NCBI GenBank assembly: GCA_947074145.1
Contig: CAMTOJ010000007.1
Location: 42,742-106,741 of the forward strand
Length of the DNA: 64,000 bases
Reading direction: 5' to 3'
Source of the DNA: an uncultured Bacteroidales bacterium
GTDB lineage: Bacteria > Bacteroidota > Bacteroidia > Bacteroidales > JAUNSR01
In this document: one piece after another, positions 18,332 through 29,276 of the stretch
Numbering within the stretch: position 1 is the first letter of the stretch
Layout: each line of letters opens with the position of its first letter
Made by a program: the position numbers and the translations under genes
The notes under the pieces: generated by a model
Seen by the model: the letters and a program-made list of their open reading frames with translations, nothing else
The model's database searches: none
What the model was told of the DNA's origin: nothing

Positions 18332-19899
18332 CCCTGTCTGCAGTAATAGCAACTGAATCTCCGTTCTATAAGTGGATAGTTCTAATCAATGTAATGATAG
18401 CCACTTTTATGGCTATTCTCGATGCCACGGTTGTAAATACCGCCTTACCCGTTATTATGGGTACTCTTGGAGCATCGATGAATACTGCCGAATGGATTCT
18501 TACGGGTTATATGCTTTCAATGGCTACAGTGCTGGCAACAACAGGATGGCTGTCAAACAGATTCGGTTTCAAGGATATGTTTATCGTGGGACTTATCATC
18601 TTCACAGGAGGTTCGTTTATGTGTGGAAACTCCACATCAATCGGTGAATTAATATTCTGGAGAGTAATTGAGGGTATTGGGGGAGGTATTCTTATGCCTG
18701 TAGGTATGTCGATAGTAACCTCCACATTTCCACCAAAAGAAAGAAGCATGGCACTTGGACTTTGGTCTATAGCAACAGCCGCATCCGTATCGTTCGGACC
18801 AATGATAGGTGGATATTTAGTCGATAACCTTAACTGGAACTATATATTTTATATCAATGTTCCTATCGGAGCATTCTGTACACTTTTCACAATAATAGTA
18901 CAAAAAAGATATCGTCTCCAGAGTAATCTGCGCCTTGATATACCGGGACTTATCACCTCTTCCATATTTCTTCCGGTCTTTCTCTACGGCCTTTCGCGAG
19001 TAAACTCATCAACCAATGCCATGGGATGGAAAGATCCGATTGTTATGGGTTGTATGTGGCTTGCTACTCTCTCGTTTTTGTTGTTTATACTGATCGAACT
19101 AAGTTCTGATTATCCTCTTATAAATATCAGACTTTTCAAAAACAGGAATTTCGCATTTGCCAACATCGTTATTTTAGTATTTGCACTCGGTATGTTCGGG
19201 AGTACATTTCTTATTCCTCTTTATATGCAGGATACTCTCGGCTATTCGGCATTTCAAACAGGACTAATATTTCTGCCTGTAGGAATGATACAGGCATTTG
19301 TCTCCCCTGCCGCCAGTCGTGTAATTAAGTTTATAGATGCGCGACTTGTTATAATATTCGGACTTGTGCTGCTATCCGGAAGTTTTCTGATGAATTATAC
19401 TTTTTCTCTTCAGACGAGTCGAGAATTCATTTCTCACAGCATGATACTTCGAGGTGCCGGCATGGGTATACTCTATCCCCCCTTACTTGCCGTAGCAATA
19501 AGAGAGATAAATGCCATCAATTTAGCCCAAGCCTCAAGCATTGTCAATATAACCCGACAGGTGGGAGGAAGTATAGGTGTATCGTTTTTCACTTATACAC
19601 TTGCAGTCAGACGCACCTATCACAAACAAATATTCTCAGAATCAATCAATTATGTCGGCACCCAATATGATGAAAGTGTACGAAAACTATCTGAATTCTA
19701 TATAAGAGTAGGATCTGAAAATCATTCGGACGCAATCTCTAAAGGAAAAGGTTATATAACAGAATGGCTTGATACGCAAGCATATATAAGCGGACTTAAC
19801 GATGATTTTCTGCTCGGTGCAATAGTCACAATAATGGCAATAATTCCCGTTATATTTCTTAGTCTTAAGAAAAAAACAAATAATGCAAACAATCAATGA
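18328..19899 (+). CDS. DHA2-family (EmrB/QacA-like, 14-TM) MFS efflux pump
   Basis: LDATVVNTALP, WLSNRFGFK and FWRVIEGIGGG motifs. 523 aa, many TM segments. Confidence 0.85.
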   Translation: MTLSAVIATESPFYKWIVLINVMIATFMAILDATVVNTALPVIMGTLGASMNTAEWILTGYMLSMATVLATTGWLSNRFGFKDMFIVGLIIFTGGSFMCGNSTSIGELIFWRVIEGIGGGILMPVGMSIVTSTFPPKERSMALGLWSIATAASVSFGPMIGGYLVDNLNWNYIFYINVPIGAFCTLFTIIVQKRYRLQSNLRLDIPGLITSSIFLPVFLYGLSRVNSSTNAMGWKDPIVMGCMWLATLSFLLFILIELSSDYPLINIRLFKNRNFAFANIVILVFALGMFGSTFLIPLYMQDTLGYSAFQTGLIFLPVGMIQAFVSPAASRVIKFIDARLVIIFGLVLLSGSFLMNYTFSLQTSREFISHSMILRGAGMGILYPPLLAVAIREINAINLAQASSIVNITRQVGGSIGVSFFTYTLAVRRTYHKQIFSESINYVGTQYDESVRKLSEFYIRVGSENHSDAISKGKGYITEWLDTQAYISGLNDDFLLGAIVTIMAIIPVIFLSLKKKTNNANNQ

Positions 19900-19900
19900 T

Positions 19901-21229
19901 ATGAGAACCTATATAATGATATTATTTCTTTCAATGTTCCTCAGCTTGTCAATGGCTCAGGAGTATGCATCTTCTCTTACATTGAGAGAGGCGGTCGACA
20001 GAAGTGTGGCCACTTATCCTACCATTAAAAAAGCAATTGATGATATTGATATAGCAGAGATTAATAAGAAAATACAACAGGACGTTTATCTTCCATCGAT
20101 AGCCGGTTCTGCCTCATATTTGTGGCTCGATCCGATATCCAAACTTACTATGAACGGCCGTACAATAAGTATCCAATCACACAATAATGCATCATTCGGA
20201 GTGTCCATTTCGCAACTGATTTGGGATTTCGGAAAGTCTGCTCCCAAAATTGAAGCGGCAAAAATAAAACGCGAGCTCGCCATTCTTGAAAAAAATCAGC
20301 TCATTCAGAATCTTTCTCTTCAAACAATTGAAAGTTACCTGATGACAGCTTATGCAAAATACTCAATTAACGTCAAAGAAAGACAGCTTTCTGATTATGC
20401 TGTATTATTGAAAATGACAGAGATAAGAAGAAACACCGGCTCTGCCACTAATTTTGATTATCTAAATACCAATTCAGGATATAATGCTATAAAAACAGAA
20501 CTTATTACATTGAATACGGTGAAGGAGAAACAATATGTATCTCTTAGTCTGCTTACAGATACTTTGATAAACGACAACACAAATCTCTCTCTTTCTTTTG
20601 ATAATCCGAAGGAAAACCAAAATCTTGATGAACTGATAACATATGCCATGGACAACAGAATTGAGATGAATATTATCAGAAAACAATATGATCTGGCTGT
20701 TGAAGAGAGAAAAGCAGGCGACAGAATTCTCAACCCTACTTTAAGCGTAAGTGCATCAGCCGGAGCAAAAAACGGTTATGAACCAAGTATCGAAGATATA
20801 CGATTCAATTATTCGGCAGGAGCCACTCTCAATATCCCAATTTATGAAGGAAGTAAAAGAGCAAGACAACGCTCCTTGGGTAAACTTGATGTAAATAAAG
20901 CTCTAAATGCTATTGATATAGCAAAAAAAGAGATCACATCACAAGTTGCAGACAGCTATCTTTCTTTGATATCATCTTTTGCAAAAATTGAGCAACTTAA
21001 GATCCAGAAAGAGGTGTCAGATAAGGCTTACGAACAGGCAAAAGTAAATTATGAATCGGGAGCAATAACTAATCTTGAACTTCTCACCGCCTCAACTAAT
21101 GCGGTAAACAGCGAACTTTATCTTATTCAGGAACAGATCAGTCATCGTATATCATACTTCAAACTCATGATCGATATCGGTGTAAATATTGATACTATTA
21201 TTAATTCGGAGCATAACGATATATATTAG
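19901..21229 (+). CDS. TolC-family outer-membrane efflux channel
   Basis: Two OEP repeats with heptad-rich helices. Signal peptide MRTYIMILFLSMFLSLSMAQE. An in-frame ATG at 19883 is also possible. Confidence 0.8.
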   Translation: MRTYIMILFLSMFLSLSMAQEYASSLTLREAVDRSVATYPTIKKAIDDIDIAEINKKIQQDVYLPSIAGSASYLWLDPISKLTMNGRTISIQSHNNASFGVSISQLIWDFGKSAPKIEAAKIKRELAILEKNQLIQNLSLQTIESYLMTAYAKYSINVKERQLSDYAVLLKMTEIRRNTGSATNFDYLNTNSGYNAIKTELITLNTVKEKQYVSLSLLTDTLINDNTNLSLSFDNPKENQNLDELITYAMDNRIEMNIIRKQYDLAVEERKAGDRILNPTLSVSASAGAKNGYEPSIEDIRFNYSAGATLNIPIYEGSKRARQRSLGKLDVNKALNAIDIAKKEITSQVADSYLSLISSFAKIEQLKIQKEVSDKAYEQAKVNYESGAITNLELLTASTNAVNSELYLIQEQISHRISYFKLMIDIGVNIDTIINSEHNDIY

Positions 21230-21233
21230 AAAA

Positions 21234-21280
21234 AAGATCATCAAATCATGAATGTAATTCATAACTGATGATCTTATTTT
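21234..21280. terminator. Hairpin between TolC gene and convergent PNPOx-like gene
   Basis: AAGATCATCA (21234-21243) / TGATGATCTT (21266-21275), followed by ATTTTT. Contains a nested ATGAAT..ATTCAT pair. Confidence 0.6.
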
Positions 21281-21352
21281 TATATTATTCGTTTTTTCGG
21301 CTCAGAATAATAATTTTATTTTATTTATCATAGCCGTTAAAATTAACAACAC

Positions 21353-21751
21353 TTAAAGTTCAAAACTCTCAAACAAAGGTGGTGTAGGTTTCAAATCGTA
21401 ATAATCCACCTTCGACATCTTTACACTGAAATATGCCATTGCCGAATAGTCGGAATACAATCTTTGAAGTACTGGATTTGTATCAAAAATCTCCTTTGCT
21501 GTCTCTGTATCAACGTCAAAGAGTGCTTTTCCTTCGATTCTGACAGAAATATCTCCTGCCATTGAAAGAAGTTCAACATTCGGATTTATCTGAAGCTGAC
21601 GAAACACCTCTTTTTTCGGACTTGTTGCAAAATAAAGAATATTACCACTCTGTTTCATTATTTGAAACACTCGTATCTTAGGTTTGTCACCCTCTACGGT
21701 AGCGAATGCAAGATCTTTATGCTGTTTCAAAAAATCATATACTTTATCCAT
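21353..21751 (-). CDS. Pyridoxamine 5'-phosphate oxidase-like (general stress protein 26-type) flavin-binding protein
   Basis: 132 aa. MDKVYDFLKQHKDLAFATVEGDKPKIRVF fits the small PNPOx-like split-barrel family. Confidence 0.7.
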   Translation of the reverse strand: MDKVYDFLKQHKDLAFATVEGDKPKIRVFQIMKQSGNILYFATSPKKEVFRQLQINPNVELLSMAGDISVRIEGKALFDVDTETAKEIFDTNPVLQRLYSDYSAMAYFSVKMSKVDYYDLKPTPPLFESFEL

Positions 21752-21900
21752 ATCTATAATTGTTTTATATTAATAACTCATTATAGCTATAAAAGTATTA
21801 TTTTAAATTTAACTAACAGATAATATTCGTTAGTACAAATCACATTACATGGTAATTTTCATGTATTACATAAACCGATCAAAGAGATTATATTTGCAAT

Positions 21901-22335
21901 ATGAAAGAAGTGAAATTAACAATCAGCAATATAGAAAATTCAGACTCGGAGTGTAACATTCCCTTTATCGAATCGAAAATAGCAGCAGGCTTTCCATCTC
22001 CTTGTCAGGATTATATGGAAGGCTCCATTGATTTTAATAAAGAGCTTGTAAAACATCCTTCAGCAACATTTTGCGCTCGTGTTTCGGGCAACTCTATGAT
22101 TGACGAGGGTATTGACGATGGCGATATACTCGTTGTCGACAAATCGATAAAACCTTCTGACGGGAAAATAGTGGTTTCTTTTATCGATGGTGAATTCACA
22201 CTTAAACGACTTGCCATAAAAGCTGACGGCATTTGGCTTTGTCCGGCAAACAGTGATTATAATCCTATTAAAATAGAGGATGAAAATAACTTCCAGATCT
22301 GGGGAGTTGTGACTTATGTAATAAAGAAAAAGTGA
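21901..22335 (+). CDS. umuD: UmuD-like S24 self-cleaving SOS mutagenesis protein
   Basis: Cleavage-site region KIAAGFPSP, Ser nucleophile in VSGNSM and Lys in FTLKRL. It directly precedes umuC. Confidence 0.85.
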   Translation: MKEVKLTISNIENSDSECNIPFIESKIAAGFPSPCQDYMEGSIDFNKELVKHPSATFCARVSGNSMIDEGIDDGDILVVDKSIKPSDGKIVVSFIDGEFTLKRLAIKADGIWLCPANSDYNPIKIEDENNFQIWGVVTYVIKKK

Positions 22336-22345
22336 TCAAAATAAG

Positions 22346-23614
22346 ATGATAGCACTTGTCGACTGTAATAATTTTTTCTGTTCATGCGAAAGAGTGTTCA
22401 ATCCGACACTCGAGGGAAGAGCAGTTGTCGTGTTGAGCAACAACGACGGCTGTGTAATCGCGCGCTCCAATGAGGCAAAAGCACTGGGTATCCCAATGGG
22501 CGAGGCGGCATATAAATACAGACAATTGTTTAAAGACAAAGATGTGGCTGTCTTCTCATCCAACTATCGACTTTACGGCGATATGTCGCAGCGAGTGATG
22601 AATATTCTTTCTGGATTTACACCCGACATAGAGATATATTCGGTCGACGAGGCGTTTATGAATTTCGGTCAATTCTGTAATATCGATTATCGGGAGTTTG
22701 CATTACATATCAAAAAGACTGTAAAGCAGTGGACAGGTATGCCCGTGGGTATAGGTGTGGCTCCAACAAAAACACTTGCCAAGATTGCATCTCATTTAGC
22801 TAAAAAAAATCCGCAATATTCAGGCGTATGTGTTCTTTCAACACAAAGTGAGATTATTGATGCTCTTCATTCTATAAAAGTTGAAGATGTATGGGGAATC
22901 GGTCGTCGTTTATCCGGCATGCTTCACTCTTTTGGAATACATACGGCTCTCGATTTCTCTAAGTCTTCGGAAAGTTGGGTAAAACAAAGAATGACAATAA
23001 ACGGAGTCAGAACTCTCAAAGAACTTAACGGAGAAAAATGTTTTAATCTGGAAACCAAACAGGAAAGGAAAAAATCAATAGTTACAAGTCGTACTTTCGG
23101 TCAGTATATCACTGATTTCACACCTTTGTCGGAAGCAGTTTCCAACTATGCGTCCAAATGTGCGTATAAACTAAGAAAAGAAAAATCGTGTGCCCGCGAA
23201 CTCTCTGTTTTTGTCAGGACAAACCCTTTCAGACACGATATAACTCAATATCAGGAGAGTAAAACAATAGAGTTACCCGTGGCAACTAACTCTACAATTG
23301 AGATTATCAAATATGCCAATCAGGCTCTAAGAGAGATATATAAACCGGGAGTATTATATAATAAAGCTGGCGTTATGGTTCACAACATTGTGCCCGACAA
23401 TCAGATTCAGGGTGATCTGTTTGACACTATCGACCGTGAAAAACATAACAGTCTTATGAAAACTCTTGATGGGTGCAACGATTCTATCGGTAGAGAAAAA
23501 CTCAGGGTTCTTGCCCAAGGATTTTCTCGTCAGTGGCATCTTAAAAACGAACATCTCTCTCAATGTTTCTCCACAAGTATAAAAGAATCGATTATTGTGA
23601 ATTGCAAAAAATAG
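22346..23614 (+). CDS. umuC: Y-family translesion DNA polymerase V catalytic subunit
   Basis: [20 protein letters not shown]...[23 protein letters not shown] is the canonical UmuC N-terminus. Confidence 0.9.
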   Translation: MIALVDCNNFFCSCERVFNPTLEGRAVVVLSNNDGCVIARSNEAKALGIPMGEAAYKYRQLFKDKDVAVFSSNYRLYGDMSQRVMNILSGFTPDIEIYSVDEAFMNFGQFCNIDYREFALHIKKTVKQWTGMPVGIGVAPTKTLAKIASHLAKKNPQYSGVCVLSTQSEIIDALHSIKVEDVWGIGRRLSGMLHSFGIHTALDFSKSSESWVKQRMTINGVRTLKELNGEKCFNLETKQERKKSIVTSRTFGQYITDFTPLSEAVSNYASKCAYKLRKEKSCARELSVFVRTNPFRHDITQYQESKTIELPVATNSTIEIIKYANQALREIYKPGVLYNKAGVMVHNIVPDNQIQGDLFDTIDREKHNSLMKTLDGCNDSIGREKLRVLAQGFSRQWHLKNEHLSQCFSTSIKESIIVNCKK

Positions 23615-23627
23615 TATTCTATTTTTT

Positions 23628-23690
23628 CTACACCTTGCAAGGTGTAGGTTAAAACCATGCTTGGATTAATATTACACCAAGCAAGGTGTA
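23628..23690. repeat. Palindromic intergenic element, locus B
   Basis: CTACACCTTGCAAGGTGTAG (23628-23647, perfect 20-bp palindrome) and ACACCAAGCAAGGTGT (23674-23689). The spacer is co-linear with locus A. It sits between convergent umuC and the radical SAM gene. Confidence 0.9.
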
Positions 23691-23703
23691 AATAAAAAGT
23701 TTA

Positions 23704-24630
23704 CTAAGGGCAATAAAACTTGCCCTGCCAAGTATCCCTTTCAATAAGCCTTTTATTAATCTTGGCTGTGAACTCATGATTCTTAAGCCCCCAATCGGGA
23801 GCGATAAGAAGTTCTTTAGGCGATTGTGACACAAATCTCTCAATCACAATCTCCGGATTAAGAAGTTCGATAAAGTCGATTGCCATATCGATATATTCGT
23901 CAGCGCTAAAAAGATTAAAGATCTCAGGATTCTCGCGAAATTGACGAGCCATCTTTGTGTTTTTAATAAGCTGAAGCTGATGAAGTTTCAAAGTTGTGAT
24001 AGGAAGTTCAGAGAGTCTTGCGGCATGACTTTTTATCTCCTCAATGGTTTCGCCCGGCAACCCCAATATCATGTGAGCTCCGGTAATAATACCTCTTTCA
24101 GCTGTTTTTCTTATCATATCTGCCGAACATTGAAAATCATGACCGCGATTAATAAATTCAAGAGTTCGGTCAATAGTCGATTCCACCCCATACTCCACCA
24201 TTACGAATGTGCGTTTTGAAAGTTCGGTAAGGTAGTCGAGTAAAACATCAGGCATACAATCGGGACGAGTGCCGATAATAAGCCCTACGACATCCTGACA
24301 AGAAAGTGCCTCCTCATATTTAGCAATGATACTCTCCACATCACCATAGGTATTGGTGTATGCCTGAAAATATGCCAAATATTTCATTTGTGGGTATTTA
24401 CGGGAGAAAAACAGAATTCCCTTCTCTATTTGCTCTTTTACACTTTCACCGGTATGACAATAGTCGGGGCTGAAAGTCTGATTGTTGCAATAGGTGCAAC
24501 CTCCCACTCCTTTTGATCCGTCGCGATTGGGACAAGTAAAGCCGGCATTTACAGAGATTTTTTGTACTTTATATGGAAACAGGCTGTTGAAAAGCTCTTT
24601 TAAATCTTTATATCTTTTATCAGAATTCAT
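23704..24630 (-). CDS. TIGR01212-type (YhcC-like) radical SAM protein
   Basis: NAGFTCPNRDGSKGVGGCTYCNN matches the family cluster motif. Confidence 0.8.
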   Translation of the reverse strand: MNSDKRYKDLKELFNSLFPYKVQKISVNAGFTCPNRDGSKGVGGCTYCNNQTFSPDYCHTGESVKEQIEKGILFFSRKYPQMKYLAYFQAYTNTYGDVESIIAKYEEALSCQDVVGLIIGTRPDCMPDVLLDYLTELSKRTFVMVEYGVESTIDRTLEFINRGHDFQCSADMIRKTAERGIITGAHMILGLPGETIEEIKSHAARLSELPITTLKLHQLQLIKNTKMARQFRENPEIFNLFSADEYIDMAIDFIELLNPEIVIERFVSQSPKELLIAPDWGLKNHEFTAKINKRLIERDTWQGKFYCP

Positions 24631-24756
24631 CCTAAGAAATTAATTACAGTGTGAAGATAATAAGGATTTTCACGATAAGGAAAATAAACTTTTATCAGAA
24701 TATCTATAAATATAAAAATGACCTTTATAATAATTCAAAATTTACAATTCATTCAT

Positions 24757-24764
24757 TAACTTTG
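24757..24764 (+). promoter_or_regulatory. Candidate Bacteroidota -7 box (TAACTTTG) for phoH
   Basis: Matches TAnnTTTG, 27 nt upstream of the ATG at 24792. Confidence 0.4.
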
Positions 24765-24791
24765 CGCAAATAAAATCATTATACTATCTGA

Positions 24792-25841
24792 ATGATAGAA
24801 AGAATAATAATATTAGAAAATATTGATCCCGTAATCTTCTACGGTGTAAACAATAGCAACATCCAGCTTCTAAAATCTTTGTTTGCCAAACTAAGGTTCG
24901 TGGCGCGTGGCCACGTAATCAAAGTGATTGGAGAACCTGAACTTATCGACAGGTTTGAAGAAACGGTGCGCAAACTTGAAAAATATTGTGAAGAGTTCAA
25001 CCTGATGAATGAAGAGATTATTCTCGATATTGTTAAGGGTGATGAACCCAAAGAAGTGAAGCAAGACAATCTAATCATTCACGGTGTAAACGGTAAACCT
25101 ATTGTTGCTCGCACCGCCAATCAGAAAAAACTTGTTGAAGCTTTCAAGAAAAATGATCTTGTTTTCGCTCTTGGACCTGCCGGTTCGGGTAAGACTTATG
25201 TTGCGATAGCTCTCGCTGTTAAGGCATATAAAAACAAGGAGGTAAGAAAGATTATCCTTTCACGTCCTGCTGTAGAAGCGGGTGAAAAACTCGGCTTTCT
25301 TCCCGGTGAGATGAAAGACAAACTTGATCCATATTTGCAACCTCTTTACGATGCTCTTCAGGATATGATACCTGCGGCAAAACTGAAGGAATTAATGGAA
25401 AGCAATGTGATACAGATTGCGCCATTGGCTTATATGAGAGGTCGTACTTTAAGTGAGGCTGTAATAATACTCGACGAGGCACAAAATACCACAACTCACC
25501 AGATAAAGATGTTTCTTACTCGACTGGGGCTTGGCGGTAAAATGATAATAACAGGCGATATGACCCAGATCGACCTTCCTAACTCAGTAACATCGGGGCT
25601 TGTACAGGCAAGAAAGATACTTGATGGAGTAGCAGGAATAGGAACGATAGAGTTTGACAAAAAAGATATCGTACGTCATAAACTCGTACAAAGAATTGTT
25701 GAGGCTTACGACAAACATGATGACGAAGTCAGAAAAGCAAGGAAAGAGGCTTTTGCCGCAAATAATGAAAGTGAGAAAAATCTTGCTTCAGAGTCCGACG
25801 ATAAAGCTAAAAAAGCAAGAAAGACCAAATCGCCGGAATAA
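24792..25841 (+). CDS. phoH: PhoH-family ATPase (YbeZ-like) with charged C-terminal tail
   Basis: Walker A GPAGSGKTY, ILDEAQN and ITGDMTQIDLP. Confidence 0.85.
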   Translation: MIERIIILENIDPVIFYGVNNSNIQLLKSLFAKLRFVARGHVIKVIGEPELIDRFEETVRKLEKYCEEFNLMNEEIILDIVKGDEPKEVKQDNLIIHGVNGKPIVARTANQKKLVEAFKKNDLVFALGPAGSGKTYVAIALAVKAYKNKEVRKIILSRPAVEAGEKLGFLPGEMKDKLDPYLQPLYDALQDMIPAAKLKELMESNVIQIAPLAYMRGRTLSEAVIILDEAQNTTTHQIKMFLTRLGLGGKMIITGDMTQIDLPNSVTSGLVQARKILDGVAGIGTIEFDKKDIVRHKLVQRIVEAYDKHDDEVRKARKEAFAANNESEKNLASESDDKAKKARKTKSPE

Positions 25842-25883
25842 TAATTGAAAATCATCCATTTATTTAAATATATTAGTTAGAAA

Positions 25884-26837
25884 ATGAAAAATGCTTTGAC
25901 AAAAACGGATTTTAATTTTCCGGAGCAAAAAGGAGTTTATCACGGTAAGGTAAGAGATGTGTATTTCATCGGTGACGATTTGCTTGTTATGGTAGCAACA
26001 GATCGTATTTCCGCTTTTGACGTAGTGCTTCCTGAGGGTATCCCTTACAAAGGACAGGTGCTTAATCAGATCGCTGAAAAGTTTCTTGATGCAACAGCCG
26101 ATATTTTACCTAACTGGAAGATTGCTACTCCCGATCCGATGGTTACTCTTGGTGTTAAATGTGAGCCTTTCAAAGTAGAAATGGTTATCCGCGGATACCT
26201 GACTGGTCATGCATGGAGAGAGTATAAAGCAGGAAAGCGTATGATCTGTGGTGTGCCAATGCCCGATGGAATGGTTGAGAATCAGAAGTTTGAAACTCCT
26301 ATTATCACCCCTACAACTAAAGCTGATCAAGGACATGATGAAGATATCTCTAAAGAAGAGATAATTGCTCAGGGAATTGTTAGCCGTGAAGATTATGAAG
26401 CTCTTGAAAAATATACTCAGGCTCTATTCCAACGCGGACAGGAAATTGCAGCATCTAAAGGTCTTATTCTTGTAGACACTAAATATGAGTTCGGAAAAGC
26501 TAACGGAGAAATTATCCTTATGGATGAGATCCATACTCCTGATTCATCAAGATATTTCTATCTTGAGGGATATGAAGATCGTCTTGCAAAAGGTGAAGAT
26601 CAGAAACAGCTTTCGAAAGAGTTCGTTCGTCAGTGGTTGATAGCTAACGGATTCCAGGGAAAAGATGGACAAGAAGTACCTTTCATGTCTGAAGAGTATT
26701 GCAACTCTGTTTCTGAACGTTACATCGAACTTTATGAAAATATCGTTGGTGAGAAATTCGTAAAAGCTGACGTTAATGACGTTGCAAAACGTATTGAGGA
26801 AAACGTAAATAATTTCCTTAAAGAGTATAGAAAATAA
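25884..26837 (+). CDS. purC: SAICAR synthetase (long form)
   Basis: GKVRDVY..., [13 protein letters not shown] and [11 protein letters not shown]. Confidence 0.9.
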   Translation: MKNALTKTDFNFPEQKGVYHGKVRDVYFIGDDLLVMVATDRISAFDVVLPEGIPYKGQVLNQIAEKFLDATADILPNWKIATPDPMVTLGVKCEPFKVEMVIRGYLTGHAWREYKAGKRMICGVPMPDGMVENQKFETPIITPTTKADQGHDEDISKEEIIAQGIVSREDYEALEKYTQALFQRGQEIAASKGLILVDTKYEFGKANGEIILMDEIHTPDSSRYFYLEGYEDRLAKGEDQKQLSKEFVRQWLIANGFQGKDGQEVPFMSEEYCNSVSERYIELYENIVGEKFVKADVNDVAKRIEENVNNFLKEYRK

Positions 26838-26860
26838 TCTATAAAACATATAAAATATCT

Positions 26861-26902
26861 CCTGCATTTCTGTCTTGCAGATAGAAATGCAGGTCTTTTT
26901 TT
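26861..26902 (+). terminator. Rho-independent terminator after purC
   Basis: CCTGCATTTCT (26861-26871) / AGAAATGCAGG (26883-26893), followed by TCTTTTTTT. Confidence 0.8.
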
Positions 26903-26912
26903 GTTTCTGAAA

Positions 26913-27656
26913 ATGAAAAAACGATATAATGCCGAAAAGGTAGTACCTTACAATGATAGTGAAGCGAAAACCAAACAGGTTAAAACAATGTTTGATTCAA
27001 TCGCTCATTCTTATGACAAACTCAATATAACTCTCTCTTTCGGGATAGATAGATTGTGGCGAAGGAAAGCTCTTGCTTCTTTGAAGAGGTTTGCTCCCAA
27101 GTCAATACTTGACGTTGCTACCGGAACGGGGGATCTTGCTATTCTTGCATACAAAAAATTGTCGCCCGACAAGATTACGGGAATTGATCTTTCTGAGGGT
27201 ATGCTGGAGATAGGAAGAGATAAGGTTAAGGCTGAGAATCTTCAGGATAAGATCACGTTGGAGTGTCAGGATTGTCTGAATCTTGATTTCGAGGATAACA
27301 CTTTTGATGCTATAACAGTAGGGTTCGGAGTGCGAAATTTTGAGAATATCAGTAAGGGTTATGATGAAATGTATCGTGTTTTAAAGCCGGGAGGCGTTTT
27401 GATGGTTCTTGAACTGTCTACTCCTGAGAAATTTCCAATGAATGTGCTTTACAATTTCTATTCATCAACAATAATTCCTACAATCGGGAAATTAGTATCA
27501 AACGATACAAAAGCTTACAGCTATCTTAATCAATCGATCAAAGCTGTACCACAAGGTGAAGAAATGGCTTCTATCTTTAAAAAATCGGGATTTAGAGAGG
27601 TTAGCTTTAAAAGATATACTTTCGGAATTTGTACAAATTATATGGGTATCAAATAA
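26913..27656 (+). CDS. ubiE: Demethylmenaquinone / ubiquinone C-methyltransferase
   Basis: FDSIAHSYDKLNITLSFGIDRLWRR and SAM motif LDVATGTGDLA. The ATG at 26913 is preferred over the TTG at 26901, which lies inside the purC terminator. Confidence 0.85.
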   Translation: MKKRYNAEKVVPYNDSEAKTKQVKTMFDSIAHSYDKLNITLSFGIDRLWRRKALASLKRFAPKSILDVATGTGDLAILAYKKLSPDKITGIDLSEGMLEIGRDKVKAENLQDKITLECQDCLNLDFEDNTFDAITVGFGVRNFENISKGYDEMYRVLKPGGVLMVLELSTPEKFPMNVLYNFYSSTIIPTIGKLVSNDTKAYSYLNQSIKAVPQGEEMASIFKKSGFREVSFKRYTFGICTNYMGIK

Positions 27657-27727
27657 CACCGACAACAATTCAAACACATTATTGGTTATTAATTATAATG
27701 ACCTGATATCTTTACCCGTATATTTAA

Positions 27728-28159
27728 ATGAAAAGAACCCAAATAAGACAACAGATTAACAAGGTAAAAAAGGATCGCCAATTAAGAGTTCAATTCCTGA
27801 AATTCATAGCTTTAGGAGTAATGAATACGGCAGTATCTTTGATTGTGATCTATGTTCTTATGAAAATAGGTCTTAATTACCGCCTTTCAAATTTTATAGG
27901 TTATATTGCCGGTCTTATCAATAGTTTTATATTCAATAAAGTATGGGTATTTAAAACTAAGAAAAATCTTATCAAAGAAGGACTTACATTTATCATCGTT
28001 TTTGCATTATGTTACGGCGTTCAATATTTGATGCTACTTTTAATGGTGGAAAGATATGATATTAATAAATATGTTTCTCAATTCCTTTCTATGGGAATAT
28101 ATACCTTCTTGAATTTTATTCTAAACAGAATTTTTACTTTCAAAAATAGAAATGAATAA
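27728..28159 (+). CDS. GtrA-family small membrane protein (polyprenyl-phosphate-sugar handling)
   Basis: 143 aa, 4 TM. FLKFIALGVMNTAVSLIVIY and C-terminal NRIFTFK are typical of GtrA. Confidence 0.75.
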   Translation: MKRTQIRQQINKVKKDRQLRVQFLKFIALGVMNTAVSLIVIYVLMKIGLNYRLSNFIGYIAGLINSFIFNKVWVFKTKKNLIKEGLTFIIVFALCYGVQYLMLLLMVERYDINKYVSQFLSMGIYTFLNFILNRIFTFKNRNE

Positions 28160-28280
28160 TTTTTAGCTTTTATTAAAGAAATCTTTTCTTTGTAAAAAAG
28201 AAATTTTCATTTGGATAATGTTATATCATTGAGTCTTTATGACGTATGATATATCAGCTGTTGAGAATTCATAGTTGATT

Positions 28281-29246
28281 ATGAATATCGACAGTTTAAT
28301 AATACAATACAACATGAAACTGAATATAATTATTCCTTGTTTCAACGAAGAAGAAGTACTTGAAGAATCTTATAAAAGATTCGTTACGGTGATGTCGAAG
28401 GTAAGTTATGATTATTCTATGATTTTTGTGAATGACGGAAGTCATGATAAAACACTGGATATTTTAAAAAAACTTGCCGAAAATGACAACAGAGTTTCCG
28501 TAATATCTTTTTCAAGGAATTTCGGTCATCAAAATGCGGTGAGTGCAGCCCTTCATCACACAGATGGCGATGCAGCTGTAATTATAGATGCCGATCTTCA
28601 AGACCCACCGGAAGAGATCCCAAAAATGGTTGAAAAATGGCAAACGACAGGTTGTAATATAGTTTATGCCGTAAGAGAATCAAGAAAAGGGGAATCATTT
28701 CTCAAATTAATGACGGCGAAATTATATTATCGTACACTTAATGCATTTTCCGAATATGCGTTTCCTGTAGATACCGGAGATTTTAGACTCGTTGATAGGG
28801 CTGTGATTGATACCTTTGCGCGTTTTCCTGAAAAACATAAATATTTGAGAGGTCTTTTCAGTTGGATGGGGTTTCATCAAGAGCCTCATTATTATAAAAG
28901 AGAGGAACGATTTGCCGGAAATACAAAATATTCATTAGCGAAGATGGTTCATCTGGCAGCTGTGGGAATATTCGGATTTTCAAAGAAGCCTCTTAAAATT
29001 GCCATTTCATTGGGGATATTATGTATTTTTTTCGCTATCATTCTTATTATATGGATGATATGTCTTAATATTTTCAGACCAGAACAGATAGTTCCGGGTT
29101 GGTCGTCTACAATATTCATAGTTCTTTTAATGGGGGGAATTCAGCTTTTCACAATTGGTATTCTCGGAGAATATATCGGAAATATTTTCGATGAAACAAA
29201 AAACCGACCTGAATATATCATAAAGGATAAGATAAACCTGAAATAG
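28281..29246 (+). CDS. GT2 polyprenyl-phosphate glycosyltransferase (GtrB/ArnC-like) with C-terminal TM pair
   Basis: IIIPCFNEEE, FVNDGSHDKT and DADLQDPPE (DxD), with two C-terminal TM helices. The start could also be the ATG at 28314. Confidence 0.85.
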   Translation: MNIDSLIIQYNMKLNIIIPCFNEEEVLEESYKRFVTVMSKVSYDYSMIFVNDGSHDKTLDILKKLAENDNRVSVISFSRNFGHQNAVSAALHHTDGDAAVIIDADLQDPPEEIPKMVEKWQTTGCNIVYAVRESRKGESFLKLMTAKLYYRTLNAFSEYAFPVDTGDFRLVDRAVIDTFARFPEKHKYLRGLFSWMGFHQEPHYYKREERFAGNTKYSLAKMVHLAAVGIFGFSKKPLKIAISLGILCIFFAIILIIWMICLNIFRPEQIVPGWSSTIFIVLLMGGIQLFTIGILGEYIGNIFDETKNRPEYIIKDKINLK

Positions 29247-29276
29247 ATATTTTGAAATATATAAAACGAATATAAA

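Noticed and set aside
21889-21896. TATATTTG as the umuD -7 promoter box
   Set aside because: It matches TAnnTTTG but lies only 4 nt before the ATG, so the predicted start site would fall inside the coding region. It is not reported as a promoter.
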